Positions 17,303-25,541 of a DNA stretch of 41,002 nucleotides are shown one piece after another. Position numbers and translations under genes: made by a program. Origin of the DNA: Cryomorphaceae bacterium (lineage in GTDB: Bacteria; Bacteroidota; Bacteroidia; Flavobacteriales; Flavobacteriaceae); contig JBELHE010000001.1 in NCBI GenBank assembly GCA_042091575.1, positions 1 through 41,002 of the forward strand, read 5' to 3'. The notes under the pieces were generated by a model. The model did not search any database. It was not told where the DNA came from and saw nothing but the letters and a program-made list of their open reading frames with translations. Positions within the stretch are counted from its first letter, which is position 1, and every line of letters begins with the position of its first letter.

Positions 17303-19013
17303 ATATTTTAATTTTTGTTTCTAATCTTTTTTTCATAGATGTCTTTAATGAATACTTATCCCTGTTTTTTTTAAATCCTAATTTTGAGTATAGATCTTTA
17401 ACAATTGTATTTTTTGATGTTCTCTTGTATTCTGAGTTAATTTGATTTATTTTTTTTCTCACACAAAAATCTTCAACGTTATTAAGTATGAAATTTTCCA
17501 TTCCTCTTCCAAATACTCTACAACTCATCGCCCAATTTTCAATAAAAACTTTATTTGATGACATCATTGTTAAAATGACATAACTAATAATTCCATAATC
17601 CCCAAACTTATCTTTTAAATGAAACACTAACCCATATTTATTATCTGATCTCATTATTTCAAATAAATCTTCTTCTGAATAACGAACAGTTCTTAAATTA
17701 AATTGATTTGATCTTTGAGATAATTGAGAGACTCTTGGGATATTAAATTCAGTTAGATAATCTATTTTGGATTCCATTTCAAGATTAATCATATAGTCTG
17801 ATAAATCCGTGAATTTGCTTTTTGATTTTTCTCTTTCATACTCAGTCTGATATAGTTTAGTCCTATCCTTATCTAAATTAGAAATATTGTTAGTCTCAAA
17901 TAGATTTTCATCATAAAGAAATTGTAAATAGTTTGATGGATCCTCTGGCATTTCAGGAACAGTTATGTCTGGTATATTATCCCTTACTAAATTTCTCTCG
18001 TAAGGATTATCATCAATAAATACAATTGAATCAAATCCAATATTTAAAACCTTCTGTATATTTTTTATATTATCAACTTTAGAATTCCAATTTGCAACAA
18101 AAACAGAGATGTCATCCAAAGATAGAACCATATCTGGGTGGTTAATAAAAACATTCTTTGCCGCGCTCTCATTATTTTTAGAACAAATACAGATTATTAT
18201 TCCTCTTTGTTTGAGCTTTTTAACCCAATATTGAAAATCAACAAAAGCTTTACCAACACCTAAATTACCTAACTGAATGTTCTCTATTCCATCATCCCCT
18301 ATAATCCCTCCCCATAATGTATCGTCTAAATCTAGGATCAAGCATTTTTTAAAAATTGAGTTTTGTGATAATAATATGTCAATAATATTTTTTGAAATAT
18401 GTGGAAGTGTGTCAAGATGAAAGATCATGCCATAATTTACATACATAGATAAATCAACCATATTTTTGGAACCAATTCTATTTTGTAGAGTAGATATATC
18501 AAGAATACATATTCGATTTTCGTTCAAAGAAAATTCACTAATTAAAAAATTTAATTTTCTCAAATGATATATAAAAGAAGTCCTGCTTTTTGATGAAAAA
18601 TTTCCATAAAGTTGATCATTTAATTCATAAAAATTAAATAGTATTACTTTAGATTTATTAGACTTTTGTATTCTCTCAACTAATTTTTTAATTCTATCAA
18701 ATTGTTTTTGAGAAAAATCCTCAGAGCTAGAATTTGAATTATATTTTTTTAATAGTGAATGAGTAGATTCAAAAATAATAGTTGTATCAAAATTCTTATT
18801 ATTATATGAAGATTCGGGGTTAAGTATTTCATTGTCAATTTGATTGATGGGAGCTTCCCATATAGATAGATTAAATAATTTTTTTAAACCATATCCGTAG
18901 ATAGTTTTTTTAAGAAATTGAGTAGTTTGATCTGATAATATAGCTATACTATTCTTTTTAAAGCTTGAGACATCTTTCTTTTTTATTTGTAATAATTCCC
19001 TAAATGAATACAT
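17265..19013 (-). CDS. FkbH-like protein (HAD subfamily IIIC phosphatase domain plus acyl-S-Cys/GNAT-like domain)
   Basis: 582 aa. 'CLILDLDDTLWGGIIGDDG' is HAD motif I (DxDxT) as in FkbH. 'IVFIDDNPYER' is HAD motif IV. The C-terminal 'ENWAMSCRVFGRGMENF' matches the conserved SCRV.GRG block that carries the catalytic Cys. Confidence 0.8.
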   Translation of the reverse strand: MYSFRELLQIKKKDVSSFKKNSIAILSDQTTQFLKKTIYGYGLKKLFNLSIWEAPINQIDNEILNPESSYNNKNFDTTIIFESTHSLLKKYNSNSSSEDFSQKQFDRIKKLVERIQKSNKSKVILFNFYELNDQLYGNFSSKSRTSFIYHLRKLNFLISEFSLNENRICILDISTLQNRIGSKNMVDLSMYVNYGMIFHLDTLPHISKNIIDILLSQNSIFKKCLILDLDDTLWGGIIGDDGIENIQLGNLGVGKAFVDFQYWVKKLKQRGIIICICSKNNESAAKNVFINHPDMVLSLDDISVFVANWNSKVDNIKNIQKVLNIGFDSIVFIDDNPYERNLVRDNIPDITVPEMPEDPSNYLQFLYDENLFETNNISNLDKDRTKLYQTEYEREKSKSKFTDLSDYMINLEMESKIDYLTEFNIPRVSQLSQRSNQFNLRTVRYSEEDLFEIMRSDNKYGLVFHLKDKFGDYGIISYVILTMMSSNKVFIENWAMSCRVFGRGMENFILNNVEDFCVRKKINQINSEYKRTSKNTIVKDLYSKLGFKKNRDKYSLKTSMKKRLETKIKIYDEKNRNIKNFK

Positions 19014-19069
19014 CTTATTTGTAATAATATTTTTTTAAATCAGTATAGATCTTACTTTGATCATAATCA

Positions 19070-20449
19070 TTAAATTGAAAAATTTAAATTTTTAATCTGA
19101 ATACTATCTTTAGTGGACATTTCAATAAACGAGGTGTTTGACCCAAAAAGACTTCCAGTTTTAATAGTCTTCCATTTTGTTGCAATAATTGAACCATTAA
19201 ATCTATATAGTTTTTCTTTATCAAATGAAAGGTTTCTAAATCTACCTGGATTAATTAAATCAAGCCCCAACTTACCATAATTGAACATAGGCTCTCTTTC
19301 TTCTTGGACCGAAACAACAGAATCTGAACCAGATACCAATAAATTATTAATGGCTTTGTCAATATGTATTCTTCTTCTATTTATTGCATGTAAACTAAGG
19401 TACATAACTATATCAGGAAAAATTCCAGTCTCTTTAGCATAATGTTCACCAGCAGAAAACATAAAATCTCTTATAGGAATATTATTAGTTTCATTGTCTT
19501 GAGTCCTTAATAATCTTATATGGTTTGGAACTTTATTTTTATTCTCTAATTCCTCAGAAAAATCTAAAACACTTTGACTCTTAGAATAGACAATAAGATC
19601 ATCAATTTCGTTTGACTTTAAAGCATTATTAATAGCAATCTCTAATAGTGATTTGCCTCTAATTTTTTTATATGGAACATTTTTTAAACTAGGATAAGAC
19701 TCTTTAATTGGAATTAAAGCTACTATTTTTAAATTATTTTCTCCAATAGTCTTTTTTCTAATCTCATGAAGAATTTTTGCTCTTGCTTTCAATAATCTAG
19801 AATTATCTTTACTTAGAGATTTATCATGTTGCCTGTAGTAAAATAAAGGTAAATCAATGCTTACAGCTCCTATTTTTTTATAAAGTTTATACCAAAGATC
19901 CCAACCATCTTGGGCATCTACTCCCTCAGAATATCCTCCTGCTATTCTTAGTGACTGTGTTTCAAACATTGTACATGCACCATGAGGAGGTAGTTGACCT
20001 GTTAAATCTTCATCTCCTAGCTTATGTCTTGTTTCAACACCAATAATCTTTCCACTATAATTAGTATAAAAGTAATTACCATAGGCAATACCTGCCTTTG
20101 AATTCTTTTCAAGCTTTTCAACCATTATGAATAACGCAATTTCATTCAACCAATCATCAGCGTCAAGTCTTATCATGTATTTACCATTTGCTTTTTCTAA
20201 AACTTCATTAGCTACTTTTTGAAGGCCTTTTGGTGTTTTATTTTTAATAAAAAATATTCTTGATGGATATTTTTCTTTATATTTTTTAGCAACCAATTCT
20301 GTATTATCATCAGAGCCTTCATCAATTATAAATAGTTCCCAGTTTATATATATCTGATCAACAATACTTTGGATAGACTGATCGAGAAACCTTCCATAAT
20401 TTCTGGACGGAATATAAATTGTAACTAGTGGTGAAGTTTTCATAATCAT
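19070..20449 (-). CDS. Fusion protein: N-terminal GT2 glycosyltransferase plus C-terminal cytidylyltransferase-like (CTP_transf_3-like) domain
   Basis: 459 aa. Residues ~8-215 carry 'VTIYIPSRNYGRFLDQSIQSIVDQ', 'IIDEGSDDNT' and 'RLDADDW' (GT2). Residues ~240-459 carry 'IVALIPIKESYPSLKNVPYKKIRGKSLLEIAINNALKS', which resembles the NeuA/KdsB N-terminus. The usual PAR-GS-K loop is replaced by PIKESYPSLK. Confidence 0.7.
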   Translation of the reverse strand: MIMKTSPLVTIYIPSRNYGRFLDQSIQSIVDQIYINWELFIIDEGSDDNTELVAKKYKEKYPSRIFFIKNKTPKGLQKVANEVLEKANGKYMIRLDADDWLNEIALFIMVEKLEKNSKAGIAYGNYFYTNYSGKIIGVETRHKLGDEDLTGQLPPHGACTMFETQSLRIAGGYSEGVDAQDGWDLWYKLYKKIGAVSIDLPLFYYRQHDKSLSKDNSRLLKARAKILHEIRKKTIGENNLKIVALIPIKESYPSLKNVPYKKIRGKSLLEIAINNALKSNEIDDLIVYSKSQSVLDFSEELENKNKVPNHIRLLRTQDNETNNIPIRDFMFSAGEHYAKETGIFPDIVMYLSLHAINRRRIHIDKAINNLLVSGSDSVVSVQEEREPMFNYGKLGLDLINPGRFRNLSFDKEKLYRFNGSIIATKWKTIKTGSLFGSNTSFIEMSTKDSIQIKNLNFSI

Positions 20450-21507
20450 TTTTTATAATCTATGTCCTTAAAAACTGCCTTTAATGGTTCGATATCTTTT
20501 AGAGCTTTTGACCCTTCCATCTGAGAGAAAAATCTAGCATCTGTTCCAGCTAAAGGTCTCAAACAAATCATATCCTGTTTTTTTATTATTTCTCCCTTTT
20601 TTAAAGGTTTATTTAAATATATAGCACGTCTAAAAGATTTGTGATGATTGTTATCAATCTCCGTTTGTAACAGTTTTTTCTCTGAATTACCTCTAATCTC
20701 ACTAACCAAGTTTATATGATCCTTTAACTCATCAACCTCTTTTTTGGTTAGCGAAACTTTATGATCTCTGAATTTTTTATTTTTTCTATCATCTGTAAAG
20801 TGAAACTCTAAGACATTGGCCCCCATAGTAGCTGCAATTTTGAGTGCATCAATTCCCTCAGTGTGATCTGAATAGCCAACAGACAGTTTAGTAATTTTTT
20901 TGTAATCCAACATAACATCTAAGTGAACATCAGATTCTACTATTGGATACATAGAAGTACATTGAAGTAGACAGATCATTTCTTTGTTTTTATAATTACT
21001 ATCAAGATTTTGAATGAACCCTATCGTTTCAATTACCTCTTCTTTGGTAGACAAGCCTGTTGACAAAATGATAGGTTTTCTTAGTTTTACTATTTCCTTA
21101 ATTACAGGAAAAGCTGTTAAATCACCCGAGCCAATTTTATAAAATTCTACGTATGGATTTATCCAACTTAAATCCTCTGAACTCCATATTGAAGATGTAT
21201 AAAGTTTTCCATTAGAAATACATTTTTTAGCAAGAGCAATATGTTGGCTCTTGGATAATTCAAATTTTTGAAAGTGTTTATGTCTTTTTGGATTCTCAAT
21301 TTTACTTACTAGAGAGTCAGCATTATAAATTTGAAATTTAATTACATCTGCTGCTGAATCTATTGCTAAATCAACTAGTAAATTAGCTTTTTCATAATCT
21401 CCTTCATGATTTCCTCCAATTTCAGCAATTAGTAATGGTCTGTTTAGGCCATTCCAGGGTGAGCTAAATTTACTTTTTAAACTATTATCTAAATATCTAT
21501 TTTTCAA
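20446..21507 (-). CDS. NeuB-family nonulosonic acid synthase (NeuB/PseI/LegI/SpsE type) with C-terminal SAF-like domain
   Basis: 353 aa. 'PLLIAEIGGNHEGDYEKANLLVDLAIDSAADVIKFQ' is the NeuB N-terminal signature. The C-terminal 'LKKGEIIKKQDMICLRP' looks like a SAF domain. Confidence 0.85.
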   Translation of the reverse strand: MKNRYLDNSLKSKFSSPWNGLNRPLLIAEIGGNHEGDYEKANLLVDLAIDSAADVIKFQIYNADSLVSKIENPKRHKHFQKFELSKSQHIALAKKCISNGKLYTSSIWSSEDLSWINPYVEFYKIGSGDLTAFPVIKEIVKLRKPIILSTGLSTKEEVIETIGFIQNLDSNYKNKEMICLLQCTSMYPIVESDVHLDVMLDYKKITKLSVGYSDHTEGIDALKIAATMGANVLEFHFTDDRKNKKFRDHKVSLTKKEVDELKDHINLVSEIRGNSEKKLLQTEIDNNHHKSFRRAIYLNKPLKKGEIIKKQDMICLRPLAGTDARFFSQMEGSKALKDIEPLKAVFKDIDYKK

Positions 21508-21509
21508 TT

Positions 21510-23279
21510 TTATCTACTTTTAGAAATTAAATAATCACCTATCAATAAATGATGTAGTCCACATCTAATAAAAGTTGAGATAGCATCATCAGGGCTTCCT
21601 ACAATTGGCTCACCATGAATATTAAATGAAGTATTCATCAAAGCTCCAACTCCTGTTAAATTTTCAAAAGCCTTAATCAAAGAGTGGTATGAAGGGTTGT
21701 CTTCCTTAAAGACAATTTGGGGTCTTGCAGTTCTATCAAATGGATGTAACCCTGCGGGAATATCCTTTTCAGCTAAACTTGTTGTGTCAAATCCAACTGC
21801 CATAAAACGTGAGTCTATGGATTTTGAATTCTTTATATAGTCGTGTTCTCTCTCGGAAATAATACTTGGTGCAAAAGGCATCCAGAAATCTCTCATTTTT
21901 ACTAATTTGTTTATATGATGTATAACCTCAGGTTTTCTTGGATCAGCAAGAATAGATCTGCTCCCAAGAGCTCTTGCTCCAAACTCCATCCCTTCATTAC
22001 CAAAACGCGCAACAACATCCCCTTTTGCTAATAATTTTGCTATCATATCGTTGTCTGCTTGTTTAACAGAATAATCATTTGATAGATTTTTTTCAAGAGA
22101 TTTTTTAATTTCGATGTTTGAAAAAGATGGGCCCAAATAGCCATTTGCTGGAGCTATAATTTCACTAACACTTTTTTTCTCAAGTAAAGCTAAGTAAGCA
22201 GCTCCAATTGATATTGATTCATCACCTGGACCAGGAGGAACAAAAAGATAGTTTAAACCATCTAACTCTGTTATTAATTTATTTGCTTTTATATTTTGTG
22301 CAACCCCACCAGATAGGACTATATTCTTAATACCCGTTTCATTTATTCCATTTGAAATCCAATTCACCAGAAGCTCTTCGCATCTTTTTTGTATTCCATA
22401 AGCAATTGCATCAAACCTTTGTCCCTCTAACTTTTCTTTGAAGTAAAAAAAATGATCTTTTATTTCTTTTTTATACTTGAAGCCGAGTCCATCATTTTGC
22501 AATGTTTCAGCATATACATTATACGCTTCATTTCCATACTTCTCAGAATTATAGGCTGCAAGACCCATTAATTTATATTCATGCTCAGCTGGTCTCATCC
22601 CTAAGAGCAAAGTAGCATACCTATAAAGTCTACCAATATTACAATTTGAAGATCTAGAAATTTCATTTAAAAGTTGTCCAGGACTTCCTTTTGAAACTGT
22701 TCCATTAGCATTATCTCCAAAGCCATCCATAGTATAAACTAGTAGGTCCTTGTCTTTTAATGGACACATCATATAAGAATAATAGGCATGACACTTATGG
22801 TGATTGTAATAAGAAATTTTTTGTTCACTAATGTTAAGAAAATCTGCCATATGTTTTACTCTTGCGTTCCACATTCCATCTGAATCTGACTCATTATTTA
22901 TTAAACTTTCGTCATATGGAAAATTTTTCTTTTCAACTCTGTGAGATAAAACATCTAAATATTTTGGGTTTTTATTTTCAATTAACTTTGGATACCAATA
23001 TTCTTTTTGCTCTTTCCAATAGTCTAATACAGTTAAATTCGCATTTCTACCTGTGTAAAAATAGCCTGGAGAAAGAGTATTTGACGACATAGCAACTTTA
23101 TCAATTTGAGTTGATTTAATTCCACCCTTTTTTAATACACATTTAATTGCTTTTTCAGGAAAACCATAGTGATTTTTTTGTCTTGACAGCCTTTCTTCTG
23201 CAACAGCACATTCTAATTTTCCATCAATTATTAAAGCTGCGCTTGCGTTATGTCCGTCATGTATTCCAAGAATTATCAT
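21510..23279 (-). CDS. Carbamoyltransferase, NodU/CmcH family
   Basis: 589 aa. 'MIILGIHDGHNASAALIIDGKLECAVAEERLSRQKNHYGFPEKAI' and the overall length match NodU/CmcH O-carbamoyltransferases. Confidence 0.9.
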   Translation of the reverse strand: MIILGIHDGHNASAALIIDGKLECAVAEERLSRQKNHYGFPEKAIKCVLKKGGIKSTQIDKVAMSSNTLSPGYFYTGRNANLTVLDYWKEQKEYWYPKLIENKNPKYLDVLSHRVEKKNFPYDESLINNESDSDGMWNARVKHMADFLNISEQKISYYNHHKCHAYYSYMMCPLKDKDLLVYTMDGFGDNANGTVSKGSPGQLLNEISRSSNCNIGRLYRYATLLLGMRPAEHEYKLMGLAAYNSEKYGNEAYNVYAETLQNDGLGFKYKKEIKDHFFYFKEKLEGQRFDAIAYGIQKRCEELLVNWISNGINETGIKNIVLSGGVAQNIKANKLITELDGLNYLFVPPGPGDESISIGAAYLALLEKKSVSEIIAPANGYLGPSFSNIEIKKSLEKNLSNDYSVKQADNDMIAKLLAKGDVVARFGNEGMEFGARALGSRSILADPRKPEVIHHINKLVKMRDFWMPFAPSIISEREHDYIKNSKSIDSRFMAVGFDTTSLAEKDIPAGLHPFDRTARPQIVFKEDNPSYHSLIKAFENLTGVGALMNTSFNIHGEPIVGSPDDAISTFIRCGLHHLLIGDYLISKSR

Positions 23280-23290
23280 TTTTTCTATTT

Positions 23291-24016
23291 TTAATTATTA
23301 TTAATATTTGTTGAGAAATTAAGCTCCCATTTATTAGCTATATCTATAATTGACTTTGAGCTTAAATGGATTTTTTGTTCTTTGTGTTTTTCTATAATCC
23401 ACCCTATCTTTCTTAAGTCGTCTTCATTATCTAGAACTAATCTAGTTGAAATATTTTTTAAAAAAATATTTTTATGGTTTACTAAATTAATTTTAAAATT
23501 ATTGTGGTTGTCATAGAAAAACTTTGTGATATGTTCTTTGTCAGAGTTATTTATTATTAAATCATTTACTGAATCTAAAGATTTTACATTGATTATTTCT
23601 GCTGATAAACCAAATGGAACTGATCTAGGGAAAATATTTGTTGTTATATCTGCATCAGAAGTTTTATGGCTAGATAAAAGCTCATCATATATTTTTGAAT
23701 TAATGAAAGGCCTATCTCCACATATCCTTGCAAAATATTTATAACCAAATTTTTTTGATGCCTGAAGAGCTCTATCAATCACATCTTCCTCGCTACCTCT
23801 AAAAACATCTATTCCAAGATCATTTGCAAAGGCTTCAATTTTATCATCTTCATGACTTAATGAAGTAGCAATACATAAATGGTTGATATTTTTTATCTTT
23901 TTAGATGCATCAATTACTCTTTGGAGTAATGTTATTCCATCAATCATTTTTAATGCCTTACCTGGCAGTCTGGTTGAATTCATTCTAGTAAATATGATAC
24001 CTCCAATTATATTCAT
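23291..24016 (-). CDS. Cytidylyltransferase, SpsF-like (CTP_transf_3 family)
   Basis: 241 aa. 'GGIIFTRMNSTRLPGKALKMIDGITLLQRVIDA' matches the SpsF-type 'QARmgStRLPgK' N-terminus. Confidence 0.8.
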   Translation of the reverse strand: MNIIGGIIFTRMNSTRLPGKALKMIDGITLLQRVIDASKKIKNINHLCIATSLSHEDDKIEAFANDLGIDVFRGSEEDVIDRALQASKKFGYKYFARICGDRPFINSKIYDELLSSHKTSDADITTNIFPRSVPFGLSAEIINVKSLDSVNDLIINNSDKEHITKFFYDNHNNFKINLVNHKNIFLKNISTRLVLDNEDDLRKIGWIIEKHKEQKIHLSSKSIIDIANKWELNFSTNINNN

Positions 24017-25509
24017 ACTCGTTTAGAATTAAAATAGCCTTTAAATAATTCATAGATACCTTTAAATTGTATATCATAAAAATCCTCATTTAGAAATTTT
24101 TCAAACCTTAAAGAACTTCTTGAATTTAATAGCCCTATTAAGCTTTCATCTTTAAGCTTGTCCTTTAAAAAATTAGAGATGTGTGTTTTATTAAATATTT
24201 TTTTTGATAATAATACATTGTATTTTAAATCATCTGACCAGTTAAAAGTGTTTGGGCACCCTGAAAACCAACTTTCGCCAAAGATTATAGACTTTTTTTG
24301 TAAAATAGCAGATTCAATGCCTAAGGTCCCTGTAATAGTTGCTGTAAAAACAGATGCCTTTATTAAGTCTAAAGTTTTATAATTAGGACCAAGAATTTCA
24401 ATATTATTTATGTTTTTAAGAAGTCTATAGAATAATGGACTTCGGCCTCTAAAACCATACAATGAGTCATAAAACATTGATGGATGCTCTTTAACATATA
24501 TCTTAATGTTTCTTGGCACAAATTCTCTTAATTTAAGTATTGCTAAAAATTGATCATGAAAAACACCTCCATCTGGTAAAGTTGTTCTTTCTGGTTCATA
24601 GTGAAGCCCAAAATAAACAAACTTATCTGCAAGATTAACATCTGTTGAAACTGAATTATTAATCGCTTTTAATAGGTTAGTCTTTCTAGTCTTAAGTATT
24701 TTTAATTTTCTTATAGCATTAAATTTAAATGGATTTAAAGGGTTATATTCCTTACTTTCATAATAATGATTTTTTGATTTATACTTTCTTAAAATGTCTT
24801 TAACGAATTTAGTTATCTGCTCAATTTTCCAAGAAGTTTTTTTAGATGCTATTCTTTCAATTTCAGTATGAGGTGTTTTATACATTTCATCACTTCCAGA
24901 TATATTATTTACGTAATTATCTATTTCTTTAGATAATTTTTGAATATTCTTCTCATCTAATTTATTATTAATATTTATAGGTTTATGAGTTATTGCATTC
25001 CTAAGTGAAAGGAGTGGTAGTGGCGTCCATGCATTAAATTTTACAGCCTCTATATTTAAAAAATCACATATCTGTAAAATAGTATAGTGAATATGTGTGT
25101 GTGGATTTTCGACTGAAATGAGAACATCAGGAAGGGATTTTTCAAATTTTCCAAGTACCCAAATAACAGTCATATTAAAAATTGACTCTCTATCTAACCT
25201 ACTCATAACTGCCAAGTCATCTATTCTATCCATCATTTTTAATGCTCTATCTTTAGCAATTAAATAGTTTTTTGAAGTAAAAAAATCATTAAATTTTCCG
25301 TGATATTCTTGTTTTAAAATTTTATGAGATTTCCATTTAAAAAAATCAAAATCTTTTACAACATGCGATCCAAATAATTCTTTAGCACGATTAAGATGAT
25401 TATGGTCACCCATCCATAATATTGGCTCAGCTATTTTATCTTCTCTCAACTTGACAGCTAAATCAAACCAGTGATTATTATTAGTCATGAAGTAAACGTA
25501 TTTTTTCAT
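24013..25509 (-). CDS. Hypothetical protein, candidate Capsule_synth (KpsS/KpsC-like) CMP-ulosonate transferase
   Basis: 498 aa. 'FVYFGLHYEPERTTLPDGG....IKIYVKEHPSMF' resembles the conserved core (..lq.epE... then ..vKeHP) of capsule polysaccharide biosynthesis/KpsS-like proteins. It lies between an oxidoreductase pair and the SpsF-like cytidylyltransferase. The match is by eye only. Confidence 0.35.
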   Translation of the reverse strand: MKKYVYFMTNNNHWFDLAVKLREDKIAEPILWMGDHNHLNRAKELFGSHVVKDFDFFKWKSHKILKQEYHGKFNDFFTSKNYLIAKDRALKMMDRIDDLAVMSRLDRESIFNMTVIWVLGKFEKSLPDVLISVENPHTHIHYTILQICDFLNIEAVKFNAWTPLPLLSLRNAITHKPININNKLDEKNIQKLSKEIDNYVNNISGSDEMYKTPHTEIERIASKKTSWKIEQITKFVKDILRKYKSKNHYYESKEYNPLNPFKFNAIRKLKILKTRKTNLLKAINNSVSTDVNLADKFVYFGLHYEPERTTLPDGGVFHDQFLAILKLREFVPRNIKIYVKEHPSMFYDSLYGFRGRSPLFYRLLKNINNIEILGPNYKTLDLIKASVFTATITGTLGIESAILQKKSIIFGESWFSGCPNTFNWSDDLKYNVLLSKKIFNKTHISNFLKDKLKDESLIGLLNSRSSLRFEKFLNEDFYDIQFKGIYELFKGYFNSKRV

Positions 25510-25541
25510 ATTATTTTATCTAGATAATTATAAGCTGGTGT

